Shown here: positions 27,540 through 37,576 of the stretch, piece after piece | Layout: the number at the start of each line of letters is the position of its first letter | How positions within the stretch are numbered: position 1 is the stretch's first letter | DNA from: Fibrobacterota bacterium | GTDB taxonomy: Bacteria; Fibrobacterota; Fibrobacteria; UBA11236 | DNA: 64,000 nt | Reading direction: 5' to 3' | Assembly: GCA_947482115.1 (NCBI GenBank) | Contig: CANKII010000001.1 | Span: forward strand, 448,785-512,784 | The notes under the pieces: model-generated | Seen by the model: the letters and a program-made list of their open reading frames with translations, nothing else | The model's database searches: none | Told to the model about the DNA's origin: nothing | Translations under genes and position numbers: made by a program

Positions 27540-29396
27540 CTAAGGTGAATACACCATTCTTCGAGTCACAATACCAGCTTGTTTTCCATCCAAATCGAAC
27601 CCAGTCAAACGAACAAGGTAAAGCCCGCTAGCAGGACGCAAACCGTTGGTAGTAACACCATTCCATGCAAGAGTGTTTTCCCGATTTGCAAGCTCAGTCC
27701 GGCTTCCCCAAATCTTCATTCCCTTCATGTCAATAATTTCCAGCCTGCCATTCGACATGCTTCCTTTCGGCATGACAAATACGATGGATGCAGAGCCTGG
27801 GATTTTCAGTGTGAATGAACTGGCATCGGATTGTTGCAGGATACCTACTGGATTGATTACGGCCAGGGTCAAAGTTGCCGTGGTGCTTCCGGCCTGATTG
27901 GTTGCGGTGATGGTGTAATTTGCCGCTGCTGAAGGTGTGGTGGGTTTTCCGGTAATGATTCCTGTGCTTGTACTCAAGGTAAGGCCTGCAGGAAGTGACG
28001 GACTCACAACGTAAGTGATGGTGGCGCTTCCGCTGATGCTCGGTGTATTGGGTGTGATGGTCGTTCCGACGATGTACAATGCCGAACTGGAGGAGTACGA
28101 AAGACCGGAAGGTGGAAGACGTACTGTAATTACCAGTGTAGTGGTTGCTCCCCCGCTGGCGGTCACCGTATAGCTCGCAGTGGAAGCAGGCGTGGTGGGT
28201 GTTCCGGATATCACCCCGGTGGTTGTGTTCAATGTCAATCCGGCTGGCAAAGCGGGACTCACAGAATAACCGGTTATTGTTCCGTTCACCGTAGGGGTGT
28301 TCGGTGTAATGACTGTACCGACCACATATTGGGCTGGATTTGAGGAGTAAACAAAGGTGGGTGCAGTAGTCACCGTAATGTTCAGCGTGGCAGTTGTGGA
28401 GCCCAGTGTATTGGTTGCAATCACCACATAACTTGCCGGTGGGGAGGTTACAGTGGGAGTTCCGGTAATGGCTCCCGTGCCTGTGTTCAATGTCAATCCG
28501 GCTGGGAGTGCAGGTGTTACGGAGTAGGTTATGGGCGTGGTTCCATTGATCGTTGGAGTGTTTGTTGTGATGGCAGCTCCCACATAATAAGTTGCGGGAT
28601 TCAAGGAATACACAAGATTTGTCGGAGGCGTTTGCACAGTTGGTGGAGTACTGGCATTCAGCGGAAGTCCCGCGCCGTACACCAAATTGTTGGAAACACG
28701 GACTTCATCGATAAGCCCATTAAAAGGGTGGCCGTCAGTAGGTGTGGCTCCGACCTCAAAATTACTTGTCGCCGTTCTCCAGGAATCCGTATTGGGGGCC
28801 GGATATCCTGAATGCGTATAAAGCTGAACCGGGCTTTCGTCGATATAACCGTAAGCCTGTCCTGTGGAGTTATCAAATGAGGTTGCCACATCAACCCAGC
28901 GGTTCAGAGGCACAACCCCATTCGCGGATATAAACCATACCCAATAACCCGTGCCGCCGCTTATTTTTTGCCTTCCAATTGAAAGAAATCCTCCTGCGCC
29001 AATTGTGACAGAAAGGCCGTCATAACTGCCCACGACCGTATAACCAACAGTTCCCGTAGGATACTGTGTTAGATAAATGCGGCCTTCAAGGGTCATTTTC
29101 CCTGTCCCGCTAATGTTCAGCAAAGAGGTATTTGTATGGCTCAGTCCGTTCGCGCCTTGGGATCCCGTAAAGCTGACTGCAGAATCCGTAGGGGAGGAAA
29201 CCAGGGAGAAGCTGTTGGCATTGGATAAGCTAAGGCCATTCGGGCCGAGGTCGGGAATGCTACCGCTGCTCCGCGAAGCGAATGACCACAATGCTGTTGT
29301 TGAAGCGTTCACGGTAAAATGCGTTGCGCTCCAGCCCGGATTCGAAACAACAAACAGGGTCATTGTGGATACAAGAATCGATTTCAGTGTAGTCAT
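27540..29396 (-). CDS. T9SS C-terminal-domain cargo protein with one LamG-like domain and five Ig-like (putative Ig/PF05345-like) repeats
   Basis: Paralogous signal peptide (MTTLKSILVSTMTLFVVS), LamG-like domain (...IDEVRVSNNL), repeated ~75-aa PAGLTLNT.TG.I.GTPT modules, T9SS CTD ...LYLVRLTGFDLDGKQAGIVTRRMVYSP. Confidence 0.7.
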   Translation of the reverse strand: MTTLKSILVSTMTLFVVSNPGWSATHFTVNASTTALWSFASRSSGSIPDLGPNGLSLSNANSFSLVSSPTDSAVSFTGSQGANGLSHTNTSLLNISGTGKMTLEGRIYLTQYPTGTVGYTVVGSYDGLSVTIGAGGFLSIGRQKISGGTGYWVWFISANGVVPLNRWVDVATSFDNSTGQAYGYIDESPVQLYTHSGYPAPNTDSWRTATSNFEVGATPTDGHPFNGLIDEVRVSNNLVYGAGLPLNASTPPTVQTPPTNLVYSLNPATYYVGAAITTNTPTINGTTPITYSVTPALPAGLTLNTGTGAITGTPTVTSPPASYVVIATNTLGSTTATLNITVTTAPTFVYSSNPAQYVVGTVITPNTPTVNGTITGYSVSPALPAGLTLNTTTGVISGTPTTPASTASYTVTASGGATTTLVITVRLPPSGLSYSSSSALYIVGTTITPNTPSISGSATITYVVSPSLPAGLTLSTSTGIITGKPTTPSAAANYTITATNQAGSTTATLTLAVINPVGILQQSDASSFTLKIPGSASIVFVMPKGSMSNGRLEIIDMKGMKIWGSRTELANRENTLAWNGVTTNGLRPASGLYLVRLTGFDLDGKQAGIVTRRMVYSP

Positions 29397-29484
29397 GGGC
29401 CTCTCCATTTGTGTCTTGTAAAAAGAATATTCCCTTTTGAACTTTAACCCGGCGACTCCAGAAAATGTTGGTAAAACCCGATCC

Positions 29485-31773
29485 CTAGGGCGAATACACC
29501 ATTCTTTGAGTTCTAACGATGGCCTGCTTTTTGTTCAAATCCACACCCGTCATGCGAACCAAATAAAGCCCGCTGGCAGGACGCAAGCCGTTCGAAGCCA
29601 AACCGTTCCAGGCAAGAACATTCTGCTGATTTCCGACTTCAACCCGGCTTTCCCACACACTTGTTCCCTTCATGTCCAGGATTTCCAATTTGTAATTAGA
29701 AGCATGTCCATTCGGCAGAGAAAAAACCATTGAAGATGAACCGTGAATTTTCAGGGTGAATGATCGGATATCGGATTGTTGCAGAATACCTACTGGATTG
29801 GTTACGGCCAGAGTCAAAGTTGCCGTGGTGTTTCCCGCCGGATTGCTCGCTGTGATGACATAATTCGCCGCAGCCGAAGGTGTTGTCGGAGTTCCAGAAA
29901 TAATTCCAGTGCTTGCATTGAGTACCAGTCCGGCTGGCAAAACCGGATTTACGGAGTAGGTAATAGTGGCGCTGCCGGTAATGGTGGGGGTATTTGAAGT
30001 AATGGCAGTTCCAACGATGTACAATGCTGTGGGTGAGGAATACGAAAGGTTGGAAGGTGCAAGACGTGCCGTAATGATTAAAGTGGCGGTTGCTGAACCA
30101 CCCGTCGTATTGACGGTAATCACATAGCTGCCGTTCGAAACAGGCGTAGAAGGCGTTCCCGATATGACACCCGTCGTGGTATTTAAAACCAGTCCGCTGG
30201 ACAAGGCGGGGGTTACGGAATAACTGGTCGCTGTTCCAGTCACGGTAGGTGTATTTGGAGTGATTGCTGTCCCCACTATGTATTGAGCCGGGTTCGCAGA
30301 ATAGGAAAGAGTTGGTGCGGGCATCACACTGATATTCAGGGAAAGGGTGGTGGACCCCACGGAATTGGTCGCTGTCACGGTATAATTTGCCGACGGAGAT
30401 ATTACGGTAGGCGTTCCGACAATGATTCCGGTGCCAGTGTTCAAGTTTAATCCGGCTGGAAGCGTGGGGGTCACGGAATAGGTAATCGGCGTTGTACCTG
30501 ATACTGTGGGATTATTCGGGGTAATGGCCGCTCCGATTCCATAAGTTGCGGGATTGGAGGAATAAGTGAGACCGGATGGAGGCGCCAGCACGGTAATATT
30601 CAACGTGGTCAATGTGTATGAAGAACCATTGAAGGCGTTCACCGTATAAATGGTGGCAGGTGAGGATGTCGCGGGAGTTCCTGAAATGGCACCGGTATTG
30701 GTATTGAATGTTAATCCGGCTGGAAGAGTGGGACTGATGGTATAGGACGTGATGGATTGTGTGGTAATAGTGGGAATATTCGGTGAAATGGCAGTCCCGG
30801 CAAAGTACACTGCAGGATTTGTAGGATAAACGAGATCCGATGCGAAGTAGGTCTGGAAAGCGAATTTCAAAACAGTGCCGTTGTCTCCGGCGGCATAACC
30901 TGTGGTGGAATCCGGGAAATAAATGCCGTTGAAATTCCACGTCGTGGGCAGGCTTTGGGAAACCCAATTTGTACCGCCATTGGTGGTTTTGAGAACCACG
31001 TTTGAACTTCCGGATCCGCCCACGGCATAACCGGTGGTGGGACTTATGAAATAAATTCCGCGCAAGGGCTTGGTATTGCCCGTGGTCTGGGCCGTCCAGT
31101 TGGAACCGCCATTGGTGGTTTTTAAAATCCCTCCGCTGAAGGTGGTGGCATAACCCGTTGAACTATTGTTGAAATAGGTGGCCCAAACTATTGCCGTGAC
31201 ACCGCTGGTTTGGGAAACCCAGGTAGCTCCGCCGTTTGTGGTTTTGACAATTCTCCCGCCACTCCCCACGACATAACCCGTATCTGCACTGGTAAAATAC
31301 GCGTTCAGAAAATCAGAGGTCACTCCGCTATTTTGAGTGACCCAGTTTGTGCCGCCGTTGGTAGTTTTAAGAATGGTGCCGCCATATCCGACGACGTATC
31401 CCAGACTCGAATTGATAAAGAAGCCGCGGGTTAGATTTTGGGTGGTACCGCTTGTCTGGAGATTCCAGTTGGCACCGCCATTGGTGGTTTTAAGAATAGT
31501 ACTGGATGCCGTCATCCAACCGGTGCTTGTGTCCACGAATTGAACGAAAGTAACAGCGCTTGAAGTCCCGCTGTTTTGTGCTGTCCAACTTGTTCCACCG
31601 TTCGTGGTTTTAAGAACCGCCGAGCCGCCTACAACGTAGCCGAATCTGGAATTGAGGAAGCTGGCCCTGTGAAGCGTTTCGGACGACCCGGTGGGTAGCA
31701 GGGTCAGTGTTTGTGCCGGAATGATCGAAAAAAGCGCAAGGACACAGAGTGATGCGAGCAACCGGATTTTCAT
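29485..31773 (-). CDS. T9SS C-terminal-domain cargo protein with Ycf48/BNR-like beta-propeller and five Ig-like repeats
   Basis: Signal peptide; seven ILKTTNGGTNW-type blades; same Ig-like modules and CTD (...LYLVRMTGVDLNKKQAIVRTQRMVYSP) as neighbours. Confidence 0.7.
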   Translation of the reverse strand: MKIRLLASLCVLALFSIIPAQTLTLLPTGSSETLHRASFLNSRFGYVVGGSAVLKTTNGGTSWTAQNSGTSSAVTFVQFVDTSTGWMTASSTILKTTNGGANWNLQTSGTTQNLTRGFFINSSLGYVVGYGGTILKTTNGGTNWVTQNSGVTSDFLNAYFTSADTGYVVGSGGRIVKTTNGGATWVSQTSGVTAIVWATYFNNSSTGYATTFSGGILKTTNGGSNWTAQTTGNTKPLRGIYFISPTTGYAVGGSGSSNVVLKTTNGGTNWVSQSLPTTWNFNGIYFPDSTTGYAAGDNGTVLKFAFQTYFASDLVYPTNPAVYFAGTAISPNIPTITTQSITSYTISPTLPAGLTFNTNTGAISGTPATSSPATIYTVNAFNGSSYTLTTLNITVLAPPSGLTYSSNPATYGIGAAITPNNPTVSGTTPITYSVTPTLPAGLNLNTGTGIIVGTPTVISPSANYTVTATNSVGSTTLSLNISVMPAPTLSYSANPAQYIVGTAITPNTPTVTGTATSYSVTPALSSGLVLNTTTGVISGTPSTPVSNGSYVITVNTTGGSATATLIITARLAPSNLSYSSPTALYIVGTAITSNTPTITGSATITYSVNPVLPAGLVLNASTGIISGTPTTPSAAANYVITASNPAGNTTATLTLAVTNPVGILQQSDIRSFTLKIHGSSSMVFSLPNGHASNYKLEILDMKGTSVWESRVEVGNQQNVLAWNGLASNGLRPASGLYLVRMTGVDLNKKQAIVRTQRMVYSP

Positions 31774-31869
31774 GGAATCTCCCTTATTTACCTGTAATAA
31801 TATTCATTCAAATTGGCATTAATCCCGCGTTCGGAAAAATACCGTTCGTAAATTCCGAACAGTTGCGTT

Positions 31870-32583
31870 TTAATCCAAATAATGAATAGGGGAGTTGCGA
31901 TCCACGCCCACGGCGCTACGCTCATAGAAGGTTGCCAGCAAAGCAGACCGCTCTTCCGGTGACAGTGAATGCTTATCGCGACCGTTCTCACGCAGCCAAT
32001 GATCCAAGGTTGCAATGATGACTCCGGCGCAGACAGAAACGTTCAGGCTTTCAGTAAGACCTTGCTGGGGAATACGGAAACGAACATCCGCCCGTTTCAA
32101 AGTTTCAGGATGATTTCCCATGGTTTCCGAACCGAGATAGAAGGCTACCGGCTGCGAAAGATCCAAGTCATACAACGATGTTTCGGCGGAAGTAGATGCC
32201 ACGGCGATTTTATAACCGCGACCGCGAAGATTATCCAGACATTCGACGCGGCGGGAATGGCAGAAAATGTCCAGCCACTTGTAACTGCCCTTGAGTACCG
32301 AACGCGTCACACGATAAGGGTTGACCTCGTTGATGACATGCACATCCTGAAAACCAAACACTTCGCAAGTGCGAATCACGGCGCTGATATTGTGCGGGTC
32401 CTTGAGATCCTCCATCACCAGCGAGAAATGTCGTGTGCGCCGGGATACCACACCCTGCAATAATTTCCTCCGCGCCTCGGTGAGTTTCAATCCATACTTT
32501 TGCAAAGCTTCGCGCACCGCGGGATCTTCGGCTAATGCGGCTTCGGGTAACAAAGGCAATGCCATTTCAACGAGGCCGCTCAT
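31870..32583 (-). CDS. SpoU/TrmH-family RNA 2'-O-methyltransferase
   Basis: SPOUT motifs (HNISAVIRTCEVFG, VASTSAETSLYD, GSETMGN, GLTESLNVSVCAGVI); ATG at 32583 overlaps upstream gene stop (ATGA). Confidence 0.75.
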   Translation of the reverse strand: MSGLVEMALPLLPEAALAEDPAVREALQKYGLKLTEARRKLLQGVVSRRTRHFSLVMEDLKDPHNISAVIRTCEVFGFQDVHVINEVNPYRVTRSVLKGSYKWLDIFCHSRRVECLDNLRGRGYKIAVASTSAETSLYDLDLSQPVAFYLGSETMGNHPETLKRADVRFRIPQQGLTESLNVSVCAGVIIATLDHWLRENGRDKHSLSPEERSALLATFYERSAVGVDRNSPIHYLD

Positions 32584-33419
32584 GGAAGCTTGAAGAAGTC
32601 GGCAACCTTCTTCTTCTCCGCTGGCGTCCATGCAGGACTGGATTGAATATCCGCGCCCCCGCTGGCATTCAATTTGTGCGCTGTTTCCGTAATGTCATTC
32701 AACACTTCACGGATCTTGTTGAACACGATTTTCCGGAACACACCGAGATTCATGATTTTATTGATGACGCTGTTTCCGGGAAAAACCAGAATCTTCATTT
32801 TATATCCGACGGTGTGCGGCTTTCCAGGCACAGGCCAGTAGACGAAATCCATCAGCGCCGGACCTTTCAAACTCCAAAAGGCCACGTCCGCCGTGCCGCT
32901 GCCGAAATAAAACAGGTGTTTTTCGGAATAGGATCCGGAAATAAGCCTGGCCTCACCGCGCAAATGCTTGCCCTTGGTTCCTTGAAAGTAGGTGCGGGCT
33001 GCATCGACATATTGCGCCGTATAGGGTTGTCCCTGATAATGACTCACCAGCTTGGCGGACAGAGGTAAATCCTCCAGAAGATATTCCAGCCGTTCACGTG
33101 AAACCTGAATCGTGTCCGTGATTTCATAGATCACCCGGTATTCCATGCCCAGAAAGCGGTACAGGGGATAGCCGAATTGTGGATTGGCTGGCCCAACCCC
33201 ACGGCTTTGCAGCAGATGCGCTTCTTCGCAGCGGGTGTTGTCGAAAACAAAAGGGGAGGGGCCAAGTGTTTTGGCGTCGGGGCAAAATCCCCTACCGGGA
33301 TAGGCGAGTTTGCATCCGTAAATGATGCGGCAAAAATCCACCTGACCTGGACTCAAATTCCCTGCGGCAAAAGTTTGGGCAGCGACCGCAAGCGCCATTG
33401 GCAGAAAGAGCTTTCTCAC
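32580..33419 (-). CDS. secreted hypothetical protein
   Basis: 279 aa, N-terminal signal peptide MRKLFLPMALAVAAQTFAA; no recognisable family; 4-nt overlaps with flanking genes suggest operon PHP-hyp-trmH. Confidence 0.5.
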   Translation of the reverse strand: MRKLFLPMALAVAAQTFAAGNLSPGQVDFCRIIYGCKLAYPGRGFCPDAKTLGPSPFVFDNTRCEEAHLLQSRGVGPANPQFGYPLYRFLGMEYRVIYEITDTIQVSRERLEYLLEDLPLSAKLVSHYQGQPYTAQYVDAARTYFQGTKGKHLRGEARLISGSYSEKHLFYFGSGTADVAFWSLKGPALMDFVYWPVPGKPHTVGYKMKILVFPGNSVINKIMNLGVFRKIVFNKIREVLNDITETAHKLNASGGADIQSSPAWTPAEKKKVADFFKLP

Positions 33420-34147
33420 GCCACTCTCCGCTGCTTTTTATAGTCGATCCACGGCATATAGCCGCGTCCCACAACCTTGTAGGTAATCACCGACATCTCA
33501 ATCCAGCGCAATGAGCGGCCTTGCACGCGCCCCTTGCCGAGCTTCAACGCATTCAGGATGGCCTCGATGGATTGTTCGGATTCGACCTCGGTCCACAAAG
33601 TTCCGAACTGTTCCAAGGTGTGTGTATCCGAATCTCCAACCAAGGGCAGCCCCAGCTTTAATGCCGCTTCACGAGCTTTGGCATTCGGATTCCAAAAGCG
33701 GTGGTAAAAACCTGAAATCTCCACGGCATCAAAAAGGTCCGCATTCTCAAAGAGCTTCTCTTTGAGGCACACCGCATTGGGATAAAAAGGATGGGCTGCG
33801 AGGATGAACGCTTTGTCTCCATAAACCGATTTGACTTTTCTCAACTCCGCAAAGGTGTGAACATTGTTCGCCACTTCCGCCGGGAAATTGAGGAGCACGA
33901 CATGGCTGCCCTCAATATCCTGTTCCACGCCAGGAATCAGAAGGATGCCCCGCTCGGCGGCATAGGCCTTGATGCGCTCACTTTCGAATTGTTGGGTGTG
34001 CAAAGTAATGGCCAAAGCCGTATATCCCAGCCGGGCGGCTTTGTCGATCAATTCCTCGGCCGTATGCCATACGTGATGGTCCATGGGATCATTCACCGTA
34101 TGCAAATGCAGGTCTATTTTTTGGACTTCTTTTTGAAATTCGGCCAT
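33416..34147 (-). CDS. PHP-domain metal-dependent phosphoesterase
   Basis: IDLHLHTVNDPMDHH... His-rich PHP motifs, ...GDSDTH. Confidence 0.7.
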   Translation of the reverse strand: MAEFQKEVQKIDLHLHTVNDPMDHHVWHTAEELIDKAARLGYTALAITLHTQQFESERIKAYAAERGILLIPGVEQDIEGSHVVLLNFPAEVANNVHTFAELRKVKSVYGDKAFILAAHPFYPNAVCLKEKLFENADLFDAVEISGFYHRFWNPNAKAREAALKLGLPLVGDSDTHTLEQFGTLWTEVESEQSIEAILNALKLGKGRVQGRSLRWIEMSVITYKVVGRGYMPWIDYKKQRRVA

Positions 34148-34258
34148 AATTTTAAAGGTTTTGGGCTTGAATGCTGCGTGTCAAATATAGTTTACAAAGC
34201 ATTGAAAATAAACTACTTAGGTAGCCTTGAATCACCTTGTTCAGGCCATCGGATTTCC

Positions 34259-35719
34259 ATGAGTTTACCCTGTGCTGTCATCATTGGAAGGCCTAATGTA
34301 GGCAAGTCCAGCCTCTTTAACCGAATCCTCGGCCGTCGCGCTGCCGTGGTTGCCGACCGCGAAGGCGTCACCCGGGATCGACACTATCAGGAAGCCGAGT
34401 GGGACGACAAGCGTTTTCGCATCGTGGATACCGGCGGCTTCATGCCGAAAGAAATCAGTCACCTCGATAGCCAGGTCAAAACCCAAATCGACATGGCTTT
34501 GGACGAAGCTTCGGTGGTCCTCTTCGTACTGGATGGTTTGACCGGTGTTACGGCGCAGGATCAGGAATTCGCCCGCATGGTGATGCGCAAGCGCAAGCAA
34601 GTAATTCTGGTGGTGAACAAATCCGAGAAGCGCGACACGGCCATGGAAGCGCCCGAAGCCTGGTCTTTGGGAATGGGCGAACCTTATCCCGTTTCCGCAT
34701 TGTCAGGTTTTGGCATCCGCGATTTACTTGATCTCATTGTGTCCATGCTGCCCGAGTCCGGTCCGGTTGGGCCTTCACGGGAAATTTTACGCTTGGCTGT
34801 CTTGGGACGCCCTAATTCCGGCAAGAGCACCTTGGTAAATGCATTACTCGGTGAAGAACGCGTGGTCACCTCGGATTTAGCCGGAACCACCCGCGATGCC
34901 ATTGACACCGAACTGGAATATGAAGGTCGCCGCATCGTGCTGACGGATACGGCCGGGTTGCGCAAGAAGTCGCGCGTGCATGATGAGGTGGAGCACTTCT
35001 CCAATCTCCGCGCTCTGGAAGCCATTCGTCGCAGTCAGGTTTGCGTGCTGATGGTGGATGCCACGGACACAGTCAGTGAACAGGACTTCCGCATTTGTGA
35101 AAAGATTCAGGAAGCCGGTCGCGGACTCGTGGTCGTGTTGAACAAGTGGGACGAAGTGGAAGCCGGAGATAAAACCTTCGCCCATGCCGTCAAGGAAATT
35201 CGCCGTCGCAGTCCGGTACTGGAAGGCATGCCCTTCGTAGCCATCTCTGCGTTGACGGGAAAACGCGCCACCAAGGTGCTGGATTTTTCCATCAAGGTCA
35301 AGGACAATCTGGAACGCATTTTGGGCCGCGAAAAAGTCATCGAGTTTTTTCAGCTCGCCTTGGATACACATCCCCATCCCACTTCTTCGCTGGGACCCGT
35401 GCGATTGAACCGGTGTTGTCAGGTTATGGTGGACCCGGTGGCGCTGGCCATCGAGGTATCCAATCCCGAGAGAGTTCTGCCGAGTTATGTGCGCTATTTG
35501 CGCCGCAAGGCCATGGAGCATTTCGACCTCAAGGGCGTACCGTTGCGCATCTGGTTCCGCGATCGTTTTCAATTGCGCACAGATGAAGAGTTGGAAGCGT
35601 ATTTGAACGGACATCGCGAAGGCTTCACCGAATGGGAGGAAGCCGAGTGGATAGAGGAAGGTGCGGCAATCTCCGCTTCTTCGGGAACATCTTCCTCTTC
35701 AGGAGATGAGGAGGAGTAA
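34259..35719 (+). CDS. der: ribosome-biogenesis GTPase Der (EngA)
   Basis: Two tandem GTPase domains (GRPNVGKSSLFN...; GRPNSGKSTLVN...DTAG) plus KH-like C-term; acidic tail; track ORF 33791.. over-extended. Confidence 0.9.
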   Translation: MSLPCAVIIGRPNVGKSSLFNRILGRRAAVVADREGVTRDRHYQEAEWDDKRFRIVDTGGFMPKEISHLDSQVKTQIDMALDEASVVLFVLDGLTGVTAQDQEFARMVMRKRKQVILVVNKSEKRDTAMEAPEAWSLGMGEPYPVSALSGFGIRDLLDLIVSMLPESGPVGPSREILRLAVLGRPNSGKSTLVNALLGEERVVTSDLAGTTRDAIDTELEYEGRRIVLTDTAGLRKKSRVHDEVEHFSNLRALEAIRRSQVCVLMVDATDTVSEQDFRICEKIQEAGRGLVVVLNKWDEVEAGDKTFAHAVKEIRRRSPVLEGMPFVAISALTGKRATKVLDFSIKVKDNLERILGREKVIEFFQLALDTHPHPTSSLGPVRLNRCCQVMVDPVALAIEVSNPERVLPSYVRYLRRKAMEHFDLKGVPLRIWFRDRFQLRTDEELEAYLNGHREGFTEWEEAEWIEEGAAISASSGTSSSSGDEEE

Positions 35720-36345
35720 TGCCTCCGGCGCTTTCATATTCCATCTTGTCACTGGGGAGCGGCTACTTGCTCGGCTCCATTCCCAGCGCCTTGTGGATTT
35801 GTCGTTTCTTTTTCCGCGTGGACATCACCCAGGTAGGCAGCGGCAACCCCGGCATGACCAATGTCTGGCGTACTCTGGGTTGGAAACCCGCATTGCCTGT
35901 CGCTCTCGTAGATGCAGCCAAAGGATTCTTCGCTGCGTATTTGGGACTACTTCTAACGCATTCCGTTTTATGGGCCTTGCTCGCTGGCATCGCTGCTGTG
36001 ATCGGACATTCATTTTCCCTCTTCGCCCATTTTAAAGGTGGCAAGGGAGTGCTCACCGGTTTTGGCGCATTTCTGTTTCTCAGCCCCATCGCCAGCCTGT
36101 CCTCTTTGAGTCTCTGGGTTGTGGTATTGCTTTTGAGCCGCTTCGTCAGCCTTTCATCCATTGCTGCCGCCGTGACTTTGCCGGTGTTCATCACCCTCGA
36201 ATCGCATTGGCATGGGATGCCCGTATTCAATTCCGTATTCTGGGCGGCACTGGTGGTCTGCGGCTTTGTCGTGGTGAGGCACCGCGCCAATTTCTCCCGC
36301 CTGTTGAATGGAACCGAACCACGTTTTCAGGGGAAGTCCTCATGA
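35719..36345 (+). CDS. plsY: glycerol-3-phosphate acyltransferase PlsY
   Basis: LLGSIPSALWI...GSGNPGMTNVWRTLG motifs; conserved der-plsY linkage. Confidence 0.85.
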   Translation: MPPALSYSILSLGSGYLLGSIPSALWICRFFFRVDITQVGSGNPGMTNVWRTLGWKPALPVALVDAAKGFFAAYLGLLLTHSVLWALLAGIAAVIGHSFSLFAHFKGGKGVLTGFGAFLFLSPIASLSSLSLWVVVLLLSRFVSLSSIAAAVTLPVFITLESHWHGMPVFNSVFWAALVVCGFVVVRHRANFSRLLNGTEPRFQGKSS

Positions 36346-36782
36346 ACGCATCCTTACAACGCCTGGAACAGGGCAAGCTGTATTACTCCATCTCCGAAGT
36401 CTGCCGGATGACGGGTTTGGAGCCGCATGTGCTCCGGTATTGGGAAACCGAATTCACGCAAATGCGGCCGCGCAAAAACCGCGCGGGCAACCGCGCTTAT
36501 CGCGCCAAGGAAATCCAATACGTTCATTATATCCGTCACTTGCTGCATGCCGAGAAGTACACCATTCAGGGCGCCAAGAAAAGACTCGTTGAAGTAACGC
36601 CCGAAGAAGTGGCCGGGCAGATTTCCCTGCTGCGTCCGGAAATTGTAGTGAGCCCGGTAAAACGGGGGGAAGAATCCATTGAAGAGGTTTCATCAGTCTC
36701 TTCCGATCTGCGCAGTGAACTGGAACAGGTCCGCAACGGTTTGCGTGAAGTGCTGCGATTGCTCGACGGAGAAAAGGCCTAG
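36342..36782 (+). CDS. MerR-family transcriptional regulator
   Basis: YSISEVCRMTGLEPHVLRYWETEF...NRAYRAKEIQYVHYIRHLL HTH + coiled-coil; ATGA overlap with plsY. Confidence 0.65.
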   Translation: MNASLQRLEQGKLYYSISEVCRMTGLEPHVLRYWETEFTQMRPRKNRAGNRAYRAKEIQYVHYIRHLLHAEKYTIQGAKKRLVEVTPEEVAGQISLLRPEIVVSPVKRGEESIEEVSSVSSDLRSELEQVRNGLREVLRLLDGEKA

Positions 36783-36784
36783 GC

Positions 36785-37576
36785 TTGTTCGGTTTTCGTT
36801 GGCAACAACTTTCGCTGTTTGATTTCTTTTCCGCTCCCGTTGTAAAATCTTCAATTGATACTTCTTCGACCGGCGATTCGCAGGATGAAATTCGAATTTC
36901 CGTCAATCCGAGAATGCGTCAGGGTTGGAAACTGGAATGGCGGCGGGGGAAAGGTGCGCAGCTCATCGTGCCTCAATCTCTTGCGAATGCACCCGCCGAA
37001 GTTCGAAAGTCCCTGTTGGACTGGGCTTCCATCACAATCCGCCGAGGTAGCAAGGATACTGTCACAAAAGCAAAGCGCCGTCAGCTCGAAGATCAAGTCC
37101 ACACTTGGATTCATGGACACAATGAAAACGATCCCGCGAGGAAAGCGCAAACCCTTCGTCGCGCAGGCAAACATTTGCAACGGCTGGAAGCGCAGGGCAG
37201 GCATCATAATCTTCAGGCCATTTTCGAAAAAATCAACGCGGAATATTTCGATGGAAAACTGGAAGCCCGCATTACCTGGTCCACCCGCTGGGGTGGACTG
37301 TCCACACAATCCACGCGTAAGGATGCGGAGGGGAAACCTTATCATCTGTTGAGCATCAGCAGGGGATATGATCACCCGTTAGCCACGCCGGAGATTGTGG
37401 GCGGCGTGGTGTATCATGAATGCCTGCACATCGCCGTGCCTCCCGGGGAACGGGATGGCCGCAGGACGATTCATGGCCGAGAATTCCGTAAACGGGAAAA
37501 GGAATATCGCCATTATGAAATATGGCGGAAATGGCATCGGGATGAATTACCCAAAATATTGCGGCATCCCCCGTAG
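36785..37576 (+). CDS. SprT-like zinc metalloprotease-domain protein
   Basis: TRWGG...HLLSIS... then HExxH (VYHECLHIAV) and downstream HGREF. Confidence 0.55.
   Translation: MFGFRWQQLSLFDFFSAPVVKSSIDTSSTGDSQDEIRISVNPRMRQGWKLEWRRGKGAQLIVPQSLANAPAEVRKSLLDWASITIRRGSKDTVTKAKRRQLEDQVHTWIHGHNENDPARKAQTLRRAGKHLQRLEAQGRHHNLQAIFEKINAEYFDGKLEARITWSTRWGGLSTQSTRKDAEGKPYHLLSISRGYDHPLATPEIVGGVVYHECLHIAVPPGERDGRRTIHGREFRKREKEYRHYEIWRKWHRDELPKILRHPP

Noticed and set aside
33791-34258. 5' extension of der ORF (track start 33791) running antisense through the PHP gene
   Set aside because: Der homology (G1 motif GRPNVGKSS) begins right after ATG 34259; upstream part is antisense to a good PHP-domain gene
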